Shown piece by piece: positions 15,057 through 28,932 of a stretch of 64,000 nt of DNA (the stretch's first letter is position 1; each line of letters opens with the position of its first letter). The notes beneath the pieces are model-generated. The model was not told the DNA's origin and ran no database searches. It worked only from the letters and a program-made list of their open reading frames with translations. The stretch is from the human T2T-CHM13v2.0 reference genome, Homo sapiens. Where the stretch lies: NCBI RefSeq assembly GCF_009914755.1, contig NC_060929.1; one strand, written 5' to 3'. The position numbers were made by a program, and so were the translations under genes.

Positions 15057-15675
15057 TTAAAAAATTTTATTATTATTATACTTTAAGTTTTAGGGTACGT
15101 GTGCACAATGTGCAGGTTTGTTACATACGTATACGTGTGCCATGTTGGTGTGCTGTACCCATTAACTCGTCATTTAGCATTAGGTATATCTCCTAATGCT
15201 ATCCCTCCCCCCTCCCCCCACCCCACAACAGTCCCCAGCATGTGATGTTCCCCTTCCTGTGTCCATGTGTTCTCATTGTTCAATTCCCACCTATGAGTGA
15301 GAACATGCAGTGTTTGGTTTTTTGTCCCTGCGATAGTTTGCTGAGAATGATGGTTTCCAGTTTCATCCATGTCCCTACAAAGGACATGAACTCATCATAA
15401 TTTATGGCTGCATAGTATTCCATGGTGTATATGTGCCACATTTTCTTAATCCAGTCTATCGTTGTGGGACATTTAGGTTGGTTCCAAGTCTTTGCTATTG
15501 TGAATAGTGCTGCTATAAACATACGTGTGCGTGTGTCTTTATAGAAGCATGATTTATAATCCTTTGGGTATATACCCAGTAATGGGATTGCTGGGTCAAA
15601 TGGTATTTCTAGTTCTAGATCCCTGAGAAATCGCCACACTGACTTCCACAATGGTTGAACTAGTTTACAGTCCCA
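15057..15675 (-). mobile_element. L1PA (PA3-PA5-like) 3' fragment nested in the provirus
   Basis: Minus ORF 15280-15690 is the ORF2p C-terminus ([35 protein letters not shown]...FSLIGGN). TSD aag(c/g)taagacttt at 15044-15056 and 15675-15687. Confidence 0.95.
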
Positions 15676-17179
15676 AGGTAAGACTTTCATAAACCTTTTT
15701 TAATATTTTATAATTTTCTGTTAAAGAGCAGATCAGTGCTCCAAGAAAATCCTGTTATTCCGACATAGGGGCCTAGATGTTGGCCTTGCATCAGTGTGTT
15801 TTTGATATTAATGTTTAATTTATAGAAAAACTTTTTAAGTAACCTATTCCCTCAAAATCAGCCCTTACAATCTCAAGTACCCACCTCTTCTGTGATACTC
15901 CCTGGGCCTAGAGGGATTGAATAGCTTTAATTTTTTTGGCTGTGTGTCTCATGAGAGCAGTACTTTTTGTGTACTTCTCCCAGGTTTGAAGACGAGGCTT
16001 TGAGTAGTGTCAATATTCAAGATTTAGCAGGAGTGGGTACCTTTTTCGGACCTACGAGTCAAAGCCCTGTAACTTAACAGCATATGGATTAGTTAATAGG
16101 ACATTTATTCTGCAGAAACCCTATCATTCTAACATGTCACAAATTAAAACACTGTGATTTGGTGTCTAGTAGTTGCTGCCTGCAGCATTTCAAACCACTG
16201 TATTAAAATAGTTTATGCAATACTCATTGCATATGTCTAATTGCTGGCATTCTAGTGACAGAATTGTGACCAAAAGCGTCAAAAATGTGATAGGTCCTGT
16301 GCCAAACTTATCAAAGTAAGACAATTAACTTTTCTCTCTGTCATTTAAAAAAAAGTTTAATGTAAATACCAGTCTTGGAAATTCAGTATGAAGATAAGTG
16401 AACCATACAACAAAACAAGGACAAAGAACAAGCAAACAATAATTTCTTTTCAGCTATAAAAAGAGCATCATCATACATCTCCAGGATTGGCTTCTAGATA
16501 CAGTACTGACAACTATTTAGGTAACTTTCACCATTAGAATCCTCAAATCAGTGCAACATTTGTATATATTTTGTTATAAAGTGTACACCTGGAGTCCCAA
16601 CAGTGATAAAACGCTTGGGATAAAAAAATCATTGGAAAGTACAAAGTCTCACATTTTTATTGCTACTTAATCCAAGTGAATGTTACTTAATTTTGATAAT
16701 GGTGAACACAACTAAAGTTTGAAAGCAAATGACAAATTGTTGGAAATGCAGAGGAAACAAAATGACTATTTATAGAACCAAATACAATCCTTCCATTAGA
16801 AATTGAAAAACATCATTGGTTTCATACATGTGTGTATGTGTAAGTAAAACCCAAAGAACAAACAGCAGGTAAATGAAAATTGAAAGCAAAAGTAAATAGA
16901 AAATGAACCCCAAATTTTTTCTCATACTCAAGGTAAAAAATACTTTACCTTGGGGGTGACAGTGTTATCCAGAGCCTAGAAACACAAATGATGGATATTT
17001 TGTTCCTGGTATGCAAATTAATGTATTTAAATCCACCAGTAACACTATACATTTTGTGCAATTAAGGCATTGACTTAAGGTACATGACCAGTAAGTACTT
17101 TAGTGCTAGTACTATCTATGCAGAATAGCAAACGTAGTATGAAACAAAGCAATGCAAACATTTATCACATTTACATGTA

Positions 17180-17401
17180 CTCTTGTCGCCAGGCTGAGTG
17201 GCATGATCTTGGCTCACTGCAACCTCCACCTCCCGGGTTCAAGTGATTCTCCTGCCTCAGCCTCCTGAGAAGCTGGGACTACAGACGCTCCACCACTCCC
17301 AGCTAATTTTTGTATTTTTAGTAGAGACGGGGTTTCACCATGTTGGCCAGGATGGCCTCAATCTCCTGACCTCATGATCCACCTACTTCAGCCTCCCACA
17401 G
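17180..17401 (-). mobile_element. Truncated Alu (AluSc-like) nested in the provirus
   Basis: tgtcgccaggct...cagcctccca; lacks both the tail and the 5' ~35 nt. Confidence 0.9.
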
Positions 17402-18801
17402 TACCTTCATTTTTAAAAACAGTTTATGTAGACTACTTCTGAAAACTGAGGTATTAGACAAAGCTAGTCATCAGTTCCTTGCTAACTACTTTGTGATCTG
17501 TGAATATCAGATGTTCACCTAAGTAAGAATGTTAAAATTAAATACATTGGGCATTTTCATCAATAACTCAGAAAATTCAGGCATTTTCATTAAACCAACA
17601 ACATTAAATTAATCTTATTTATCAACAAAATCACACAAAGATCATTTTGATTTTGGCTGGGTTTATAGTTTTATAACCTTCTGTGCCAAACCCCAGCACC
17701 TCAAAATATCTAGCAGAGACAAATATAAAACCCAGACAAAAATATATACTAACAATTCTGAAGACATTTCTGTTTTTATCTTACAAAAATTTTAAAGCCA
17801 GTTCATTTATTAAAGATTTACTTAAGTCACATGAACTTGGAAAATGCTTGGATGTATTTACTTAATTTATGAGTGCTCTTTTATTTATAAGCCAATTTGG
17901 TAGACAAAACATAATAACATAAATGTACATACACATAAACACTTCTAAACATGTACACGCACACACACACATGCACACAGAAAGATCCAATAGCTTTTAC
18001 TTCAGAACCCTAGCCATGCAATAGCAATACCAACTCACTGGTCTACACACATGTTCAAATGGCTAAACCTCATTTGCACTGATAGGTAATCCTGTGAAGG
18101 CTATAAACCAAAATTTTGGGTAAAGCTGTTTCCATAGGTGTTTGATTTTTAAAGGCCAAACCCCCTCAGACTCCAAAGAATTCTGGGGCCAAACACAGCA
18201 CAGAAGAACATCATGTACTAAGCAGGCCCAACCCTGCTTAGAACAGCAGCGTGAAAGCCTGGATACATGGAACTCCATCCTGCTTTCCTGTTCAACAGCA
18301 AAATGAGAAGTTAGGAGAGACCTAACTTATGCAGATTCCAAAGAATATTGGGGCCAAACAGTATTAAAAAAAAGTCAGTTTATCAAATTCTGATTTCCCA
18401 TAACTGTATCAACACATATACAAACAATTACTGAAACACAATCCAACTGCACTGAAACACAATCCAACTGCTGCAGCAACAGACAAGCCCCAAAAGTGTC
18501 CAAACTGAAACAGAAAGGTTGCTTTCCTCTCTCAGTCAGTTGGGCTTGTTCAACCTGCAAACAGAAATTCCTTCAGAATTTCTTAGAGGAGCAAATCCAG
18601 CTGCTGGTATCCACAAAGGACACTCACTCATCTGAACATAGATGTCAGATTTCAAAGGCTGTTTTTTTCTAGGCAGTCAGGCAGCAGCGTGGCCAAAGAG
18701 AGAGACGAAAACCCACCTCCAGCCAAAAAAGGGTCAGGCAGTTTCTTAGGAGGGCTTCTAAGAATTCTCCTGGCTTGCAGCAGCTGACCGGCAAGCAATG
18801 T

Positions 18802-18819
18802 GTTCAGGTCAGGGAATCA
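18802..18819 (-). promoter_or_regulatory. Retroviral primer-binding site, tRNA-Glu-like
   Basis: Minus strand TGATTCCCTGACCTGAAC vs tRNA-Glu PBS TGGTTCCCTGACCGGGAA (14/18), 5 nt downstream of the LTR end GTAACA. Confidence 0.75.
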
Positions 18820-18824
18820 AAATC

Positions 18825-19316
18825 TGTTACTGACATGCTAGAGGTTTGTTTTAGGTCTTGCAAGTAGCTGCACAGAAAGCCAATCACTGAGACAGTGAGT
18901 ATTGCCAGGGAATAAGGTTTTACTCAGGTGCTGCAGCTAAGGAGATGGGGGAGATCAGTCTCAAATCTATCTCCCTGATGGACTAAAATTAAGGGTTTAT
19001 ATAGCAGGGAAGAAATGTAACCATGTGTGCTAAAATAGGAATTAGGGAGGAGTAAAGAGAAGTTGGTCAGCAGGAAGCAGGTGGTCAGTTAGGCAATTGT
19101 GATGGGTGAGGGGTCTGGTGTCTCATTATCCAGATATGGTATCTGGTAATTATAGTTCATTTGAGACTTTCTGGGAGACCTGATGGTTTCTTGAGAAAGG
19201 AACTCAGATAAGACAGTTTTAACTTTCTCAAGTTTTAAGACTGGGAGGATCAATTTCTGTGTTTATTCAAAAGAAACCATAAACATCAGTTCTATGTGAC
19301 AATTGGGCCAGTTTCC
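18825..19316 (-). mobile_element. 5' LTR of MER66-type provirus
   Basis: Begins tgttac (minus end ...GTAACA); colinear with the 12951-13445 LTR; minus-strand TATA TATATAAA at 18996-19003. Confidence 0.9.
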
Positions 19317-19319
19317 ATA

Positions 19320-19436
19320 GTGCATTAGCATCATAGCCTCTCTGAGTTTCCTATTTTCCAAAGGGGGAAAATAATACGTATTTTATTGAGTTGTAAAACT
19401 ATCAATTGTGAAAAGCACTTAACATAGTACATGACT
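19320..19436 (+). mobile_element. MIR fragment (likely split by the provirus; other part near 12919-12945)
   Basis: cctctctgagtttcc..aaagggggaaaataata..gtgaaaagcacttaacatagtac; upstream gaggcaacatggtatagcag. Confidence 0.55.
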
Positions 19437-20514
19437 CTTGTCACTTTCTTCTTTATATATTTGGATTTGTGGGTCAAGTGAGATCATAAAAATCACTTTT
19501 CAGAATATCACGTTCTATACAATTGAACATAGGCCTATATTAAATTAGTTTCCTTCTCATTCATTATTTCATTTTCTTCCCTGTAACTGGTTTGTTGAAT
19601 AACAATGCTACTTCATTAAAATGTTTTGCAAACTTAATTTTTCTTTTTATCAAATACTGTAGTTTTCTAGTAAATGAGATAATGTATATAAATATATACA
19701 TGTTCTGTTTGGGGGAGGAGGGTAGATGATAATGGTGTTGCTGTGCATTCTGAAAGGATTTGCAACCTGAGAGAGACAGACTGGTTCTGATCTGATACAC
19801 TTAGTGTCAGTACAATAAACACACTGAACCAAGAAATATATGGGGGTATGATAAGAATATGTATTTGCTATGCAGAAGACAAAAGCATGTTTTAGGAATG
19901 AAGAGAAAGGATAAGGCCATAGATGGGAGTGGAAGTTAAGACTAGCCTTGACTAGAAATACTGAAGTAGTCTGAAAAAAATCACAGTTGCAGTAGGAATA
20001 GAGAGTAATAGGTATATGTAGGATATTTTGACATTTTTAGTTGTAATGCTGCCTGCAAGGAGAACCTGCTGGCAAACCTCACAAAATTGTAGCACTGTTG
20101 CCCTGGTAGTCCTTGTAACCAAAGCATCTCCGTTCCCACTTTAAAGCCCTTTGGCCATCCTATACAATTCCTGTTGGGCATTTACACCTAAGAATGTTGA
20201 CTCCTGGTAAGTGTTTTGTATAGTCCTGGGTTCATCCTAATGATAGAATAGAGCAGTAATTTAGAAAGTACCTACACCAGTAGGATGCCCACTATTTTAT
20301 AATTACATTGGTTTCTCATACTATTTCTCTGAAGCTGGGAAAACCATTTATTTTTGTTTGAGTTCTAGGCCCAATTTTTTGCTTAAAGAGGTCACACATT
20401 GACTTTCATGTTTAATATTACTGAAAGGTATGTAATGAAGCATTCTTTATTAGGCTTATAAAACTTTTTTAGCAATTTGTTTTTTAAATTTATTTCCAGA
20501 GTTTTAATATTTTT

Positions 20515-20642
20515 AAATTTATTGTTTAGGGATGGGGTCTTACCATGTTGCCCAGGCTGTCCTTGAACTCCTTGGCTCAAGCAGTCTTCCTGCCTCAGCG
20601 TCCTGAGTAGCTGAGATTGCAGATGCACGCTATTGTACCCAG
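20515..20642 (-). mobile_element. FLAM/Alu monomer
   Basis: gatggggtcttaccatgttgcccaggct...gagtagctgagattgcag single arm. Confidence 0.85.
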
Positions 20643-23600
20643 AAATACTTTTTTATTTAATTGTTAACAGCCTAGGTTTGAATAAGGCCATATGTACCAC
20701 TTCACAATTCTCTGGTAAAATTATATCAGTCTGCACCTCAAAAGGTATTTGGTAGTTTGGTTCTACTGAGATTTTGTTGTCATAGTTCCAGAAGTCACAT
20801 GCCCGGCAAAACTGGGGTTGACAGTATACTGTAAGACTGACTGTACAAAGCTTGATGGGGCACCCATTCCATCACTTTATGCTCTTTTCCCCTCTCCTTG
20901 TAAGGGTGGGTACTTTAGGACAGGAACAAGGAGAAGCAAATGGGAAGGCACTCTGAGTGAAACACCTGTTCCCAGTTGATCTCCAGGTGTGACCAGGCAG
21001 TAAGCTAATAAGGAAGGATGACTGAATGTATGAATAATCAGTCACCTCACTGCCAGCTTAACCAGAAAGACACAGAGATGGGTTGGGGCATTGAACAGTT
21101 TTGGACTGACCCTGCTGAATACAGTATTTCAGTGGAATGAAAGAATAGTTTCCTTTTTAGGAAAATTACGTGTTCCAAATTGATATATCCCTGTCACCAC
21201 CTCTCAACCTCTTCTTAGAAATTCAATATAATAACAGTCCAGGAGCCTCTTGAGCCTTTCAACATCCTCAGCCCGCTTTTTCCATCCTGCCTTTCTTTCT
21301 GCCCTTCTTGGATAATCTTTCCCACTCATTTTTCCCCTCCAACAATCTGGCAGTAGTAGGAAAGGTAGGAAGAAGAATGGTGATTTGTTCAAATTCTTCT
21401 TTGCCCCACACATGAAATGGGTACTGCTGAAGGCAGTGAAAAATAGATGGCTGTGGGTGGTTTGTTAGTGACTCATCAGTCTTTCCATTCTGCTGGGAAA
21501 GGGAAGGGCTGGGACCAGATGGGAATGCATTCCAGAGACTCTTGCTTTAAATGATTTCTCATTTATGTGATTTATTTAAAAATAAATAATTGCTAGGCCA
21601 AGTAAGGGCCACAAAAAAGTATACACTTCATTGAATTGCCACATTGCCACATTTTTCCTAGAGTGGGTTAATAAAGCCTTCTGATAGGGTAGCCACTGGT
21701 GGGGATTTTTTTTAAATCATTTCCTGGTGGTGAATTTATGATTATACTTCACTGTACTATGAATGCTTGATCTACATAATCAAGATTAGTATTATTGTTA
21801 CTAAATACAGGACTCCAAATTTGTGAGTAGTATACAAGACAAATACCACTCTTACCCTCATGAAATAATAAACAATGATTTATGAAGGTAAAGCTTGTGG
21901 CAGGGATAAGCCCGTGCTCAATGGAGAAATAAATAAGTGAGTATAGGGAAGAGGAACCCCAGGAACATTTGCCATGGTCATTTTGGGAATACTTGAGTAG
22001 TCAAGTGTATTTCTTAGAGCTATCTGTAATTTTTCTTTATTAAATTGAGGTTTGTTTATTTATTTAAGGATAATGTGGTTCCAAGAAGTCTGTTTCCAAG
22101 GTCTGTAGTTTGAAGCTCCTTTTACCTTAAAAGTATGTCCTGAACCCTGAAGACTGACCATCTGGCTAGTGTGGTTGTTGTCATTGTGATCAATAAAGAC
22201 AGCTTTGATTTATGAGCAATTTATCCTGCTTACAACTGCACAGAAGAGGCAGTGGTTCATATTTTGGCTCCTGTTCAGCTGGGGGAACTTGAGCTCCCTT
22301 AGTTCTTTCAGAAAGCCTGGCTAGGAAGCTGGCATCATGGCAGGAATGTTTTAGTTAGCTTCAGGAAGTCAGGATACCAATGTCAGAGTAATTCAACTGA
22401 CAGAATAACTACTTTTTATTTTTTTAATCCAAATTATGCTTTAAATTATGATCCTATTTAAGTATATTATTTAAAAGTTAAAAATGTTATTTAAACATTT
22501 CTAAATTTTGAGGGCTTTTTATGAATAACTTGGGGCTTTTGAAGACAGATGCATAAGATACTTCAAAATCAGAAGACATTTTTACTTGGAGTACTAAGTT
22601 AACATTGGTCCTGTAAGGGAGGCAAGAGTATTCATGATTATTTGAGGCAGCTCAAATGGGTTTCTCTTTTTTATCTTTCCCAGCATAGACAAACTTCTTG
22701 TTTTTGTGAAGGGAAAATACTTTACCCCAGAATGGCAATAAAGATAGAGGAAAGGTTCTTTCTTTTAAATGGAGAAGGCAGATTTCTCATTAGACTTCAT
22801 TAATTAGTGAAGCTTGTTTTACCCTATAGATTCTGAATGGGTGTAATACTTTCTGCATTGGTTTTTAGAAATTGCTATTTTCTAGATTCATTCAAGAAAG
22901 ATGAATGTAACCTTCTAAGTTTGGAATTTATAGAGATGGAAAAAATTTTAGCACCTAATAAATTGTTTATTTGTCAGGATGTGCTATAAGTTAAAAGGTG
23001 AACTTCTTCCTTTACCCTTTTAGTAGTTACAAATATATATGTAGTATATATTAAAGAATATGTAAGTATGTATGAGTTATAAAACAAAACAATACAAGGA
23101 ACACTTAGTACCCGCTACTCAACCTTAACAATGTAAGGTTACTGGTACTCTTGGAGCCTTTTGTGTGCCTCTCTCAGATACCTTTACTTCATTTCCCATT
23201 TCCCACCCACTGCAGAAATTATCCTGAGCTTTGAGTCAATCATTTTCTTGCTGTTTTAAGGAAAATAATTTCCCACTGAGTGTCCTGTTCCTTTATATAC
23301 TGTAACCTCCTACTTTTTTCTAGTTTTTCCCCTTAAAAATACTATATTCTGAGATTCATCAAAAGGTTGTGTTTATAGTTCATTCCTATTCATAGCTATA
23401 TAGTATTCTATATGAATATATTACAGCTTATTGAATCTGCTGCTGGTGGATATTTGGGTTACCAGCTTTTTATTACAAAAATGTTATGAACATTATTTTG
23501 CATGTCTCTTGGTGCACGTGTGCAAGTATTTCCCTAGGGTCCTCCTGCCCGTTCTCATGGTATGAAAAAATTCTCTTAATCATTAAATAAAAATATTAGG

Positions 23601-24293
23601 AATATACTTTAAGTGACCCTGCAGATGTTTGTGGCTTAGATGTTTGTGACCTTTTTGCCACAACTAAGTAACCATATCAAGATTGTCTCTTTTTAAAACT
23701 TTGTATTTTGAAATAATTTCAGATTTATAGAAAAGTTGCAAAATAGCACAGAGAGTTCCCATATACTCTTTAACCAACCTCCCCTAATGTTAATATCTGC
23801 ATTACCATTACCTTGGTACTTTCATCAAAACTAAGAAATAACCTTGGTACAATACCATTAAGTAAACTACAGACTTTATTCAGATTTCCCCAGCATTTCC
23901 ACTAATATCCTTTTTCTCTTTGAGGATTTAGTCCAGGATACCATATTGTATTTACTCATCATGTTTCCTTAGTTTTCTCCAGTCTACAACAACTTATCTG
24001 TCTTTCCTTGTCTTTTATGACCTTGACACTTTTGAAGAGTACTGGTTAGATGCTTTGTAGAAGGACCCTCAATTTGAGTTGTCGATGCTTTTCTTATGAT
24101 TAGATTGAGACTGTGTGATTTTTGCAGGAATACCACAGAAGTGATGGAGTGTACTTCTCATTGCATTGTATCAGGGAAGTACATGATAGCAACATGATAT
24201 ATTATTGGCTATGCTAACCTTAATCACTGGCTCATTTAAGATGATATCTGCCAAGTTGCTTCACTTTAAAGTTACTATTTTTGCTTTCCATGC

Positions 24294-24822
24294 TTTTTTC
24301 TTTTTCCTTTTTTTAGTTTATTGTTTTTAATCGACATAAAATTGTATGTATTTTACTATGTACAACGTGCTATTTTGAAGTATTATATACATTGTGGGAT
24401 GACTAAATCTAGCTACTTAACATATATATTACCTCATACAATTATCACTTTTGTGTTTTGTGGTGAGAACACTTTACGTCCACTCTCTCTCTCTTTTTTT
24501 TTTTTTTTGTGCCAGGGTCTTACTCTGTCACCTAGTTTGGGTTACAGCGGCGTGATCTTGGCTCACTGCAGCCTGGACCTCCTGGGCTCAAGTGATCCTC
24601 CACCTCAACCTCCCAAGTAGCTGTGACTACAGGCATGTGCCACCATGCCTAGCTAATTTTTGTATTTTTTTGTAGAGATGGGGTTTTGCCATGTTGTCCA
24701 GGCTGGTCTCAAACTCCTGGGCTCAAGCAGTCCACTTGCCTTGACCTCCCAAAGTGCTGGGATTACAGGTGTAAGCCACCACACCCAGCCACTTTTACTC
24801 TCTTAGCATTTTTCAAGAATAA
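24294..24822 (-). mobile_element. Short L1MA-like 3' end nested in L1MC, itself interrupted by AluJ
   Basis: gacataaaattgtatgtatttt..gtggtgagaacactt; flanked by ccatgc(c)ttttt at 24288 and 24823. Confidence 0.7.
24494..24790 (-). mobile_element. Alu (AluJb-like)
   Basis: ctcctgggctcaag occurs twice; full dimer. Confidence 0.93.
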
Positions 24823-25330
24823 CCATGCCTTTTTTTTTTTTAAATTATTATTAGAAGGGAGTCACCAAAGTCCAGTCCACACACTGGGAGGAGAGATTAA
24901 ACTCCACCTACAGGAGGAGGAGTATCAAATAATTTGTATATATATGCTAAAATCACCACAGTTATTAATAAAATATTGGGGGGGGGAAGATACTTTGAGG
25001 CTATGCAGATATTCTGTTTTTCTTTAAAGCTTCACCCACTAATTTTATCATTCATCAGTGAATCTTCTTTGCAGCATTATTACTATGTTATTCTAATGAT
25101 TAGTTTTATTTCCCTCATTCCTTCTACATTTATTAATTGAAATTCTTCTGTAAGGAAGTTGTGTCCCTTCCCCCATTTATTTATTCAATACTTTATTTAT
25201 ATCAGTATGGTCCATAAATGCTTATTTTATTCTTTGAGTTGTAATCTAACATTGTCACTATTGATTTTGTTGCTCAAATACCTGCAGCCTGTTTGTTGGC
25301 AGCTCTTTCAGATTGGGAGAGTTCCCTAAA

Positions 25331-25989
<659 letters not shown>

Positions 25990-28001
25990 AGTGAAGGTTT
26001 TTTTTTTTTTTTGCACCTCCTTTCTGGCACCATCACATTCTCCAGCTTCATCTTGTAGATTCTTTGTCCCAGTCCTAGAATCAGGCATTCCTTTAAGGAG
26101 CTTTGGTTCCCTTTCTTGGGGAGTAGTATTGAGAAACCAAGATCTGGGTGTGTCTTTTTTAAAAAATAGGTATTTGTCTTGGGGAAAAAAATAGCTTTCC
26201 TGTGTTAGATTTAAATAGTTTATCCTCAAAGTCATTTTATTTTTGAGAGAAAAGTAATTTATAAAAAAAATAGTTTTCTTCCTTGTTAATATTAGCAGTA
26301 GTAATTAAAGATGTTACTACATCATATATTTCTAGTAATAAGTAATTTTAGAATTTTCCTTTTCTAGTTCATGGCACTTTTGTGGAAAACTTGAAAAAGT
26401 CCATTCATTTCCTCTAATGATTATTTTCTATGTGGGGTGCAATTGAGAACAATGAAACAAGGACAAAGGAAGGGCCTGTGATGCTGCTGAGCAAAATTCA
26501 CCAATATCCCCGCACTGAAGCTTAAGCCTGAACTCAGAAGAAAATCTCCGACTTGTACTCGGACCTCATTTACTCTTATTTACACAAAACTCCAAAAACA
26601 GTGGTTATCTGGTTTCCAAACTCCTGGAAGATTTAAACCAGCATTTTAGAAGAACCAGAAGGATGCATCTATTAAGTAAGATGTCAGCAATGAGAAGGGG
26701 CACCTGACTTCCGCAAGGAAGGAGAGAGGGAGCAGACGGAGCACTTGGCTAGCGGGGCAGTGCAGATCTCTATAGCTAAAGGACTGGTAGCCCAGCTTAG
26801 TGAGGCAGTGAGGGCAATACTGGGAGCACCTAGTACAGTAAATTTGTTCATAATGATAACTTTGTGTCATTAAGCAAGTGTTAAGTTAGATTCCCCGCCC
26901 CGGCCTTCTCCTCCACCCCCGCCTTCTCTCCCCCCGCCCCCGCCCCCACTGTTAACACTGTTAAGGAAGCTAGGGAAGTGTTGATAAGTTTTCAAAAGAC
27001 TTTCATCACCTGGTAAAATGAAAATGCTGGTTTCAAGAATAAACCTTTCCTCAGTTATTCAGGCTGAACCTTTTATTCTTTAGAATTATCGAGAGGTGAA
27101 GTTTTTGCCTATTTAGTACTACTGTCTGTAAAGTCACAGTCTTGAAAATCGGATCCTCATTTAATCTGATTATGCCAGCATAGTCTTCCCTTAAGGTATC
27201 AATCTTTTATTTCTGATTTTCTCCCTTAAAATTATATCATTATAGGGCTGTCATTGTTACACCAGGAGAGTTCAATTTCACAGAAAGATTTTATATATTG
27301 GAGGCCTTCTCAAAAAGAATATGAATATAGTTTTCATATATTTATTTAGAAAAAATCTGAAACCAAATTTGTTTTAGGAGAATCATCAAAGGGAATTAAG
27401 TGGGATTTCTTAGTTTTTAAGATAATATTTTAAGGCTAATACTTCTCAAATCTGGCTAGATTTTTTACTTTCTTGGTTAACAAAATGCTGAATTTTGATA
27501 TATAAAAAAGTATGTAAATGTAGACTTGTCCTCCTAATAGACCGGCAGAGGTGACCCCACCAAGGAAAAAAAAAGAAAACAAAAACCTTATTCTTAGAGT
27601 AACTGCAGATGTCCCCAGCTAGTTTATAAGTGGTCCAGGTAGCGTTTACAGTTGCTGGGGAATACAGCTGCCACAAGAAATGATTCTCTTAGCCTTTCAA
27701 ATGAATTTCTCCTGCTGTGCATATGTATATAAAGGTAACTTTGATAGCAGAGTGAAGGATAAGGGAAAGAGGCAAGGTACAAATGTGTTCAGTAGAGGTT
27801 GAAAGTGTGGAAAGAATTTGAAAGAATAAATGTTAGGAGGAGAGAGAAGTGAAAGAGAACCAGTTAGACCAGTAGTAAGATACAGCTGTAGCTATCATTT
27901 ATTGTATCTTTTCTTCTATCATATTTTACAGTACTAACATTTATAGGTTTCTGAAGCAGGGAAATCAATTTCTGTTGAAGATTAAACCTTATCCAATTTC
28001 T

Positions 28002-28269
28002 TTTTTTTTTTTCTTTTTTTTATTATTATTATACTTTAAGTTTTAGGGTACATGTGCACATTGTGCAGGTTAGTTACATATGTATACATGTGCCATGCTG
28101 GTGCGCTGCACCCACTAACTCGTCATCTAGCATTAGGTATATCTCCCAATGCTATCCCTCCCCCATCCCCCGACCCCACCACAGTCCCCAGAGTGTGATA
28201 TTCCCCTTCCTGTGTCCATGTGATCTCATTGTTCATTTCCCACCTATGAGTGAGAATATGCGGTGTTTG
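28002..28269 (-). mobile_element. Young L1 (L1PA2-like) 3' end, ~270 bp, 5'-truncated
   Basis: Minus strand GCTAGATGACGAGTTAGTGGG (GAG at the Ta/pre-Ta diagnostic site). Perfect 19-bp TSD taaaccttatccaatttct at 27983-28001 and 28270-28288. Confidence 0.93.
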
Positions 28270-28626
28270 TAAACCTTATCCAATTTCTGATTACCTGTCT
28301 ACTTTAGAGAAAAGAAGCAAATTCATTTTAACCTCAAGTAGCAGGGTTCGTACTGTGCCAAAGAAATTAGTTTGAATTATTATGAAACGTTTGATGAGCT
28401 GATGTGTTCGATTTATACATGAATAGCCATTTCCCTTTTCCTCAAAATTCTGGAGCCTGAAAACTAGCCATATATTTCAGTTCTCAGGCAGTTTTCATTT
28501 TGTTGTTTTTGTTTTTATTGAGGAATTTTCCTTGACTGTATATCCAATATATTTATATTTTAGGCAAGTAAAGTATCCTTTGTAAACATAACAATTGTGA
28601 TTGACTAAATAAGTGGCCCCTCTATC

Positions 28627-28932
<306 letters not shown>

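Larger units (their letters stand above)
13446..18824 (-). mobile_element. MER66/MER4-group ERV internal region (degenerate, non-coding), interrupted by an L1PA and an Alu
   Basis: Lies between two same-orientation LTRs, with a PBS at one end and a PPT at the other; no gag/pol/env ORFs in the track. Confidence 0.8.

Noticed and set aside
15280-15690. 136-aa ORF with clear protein similarity
   Set aside because: C-terminus of L1 ORF2p in a 5'-truncated copy with no promoter or true start.
12940-19325. TSD of the provirus
   Set aside because: Both LTR outer ends are degenerate and no matching 4-5 bp duplication could be read.
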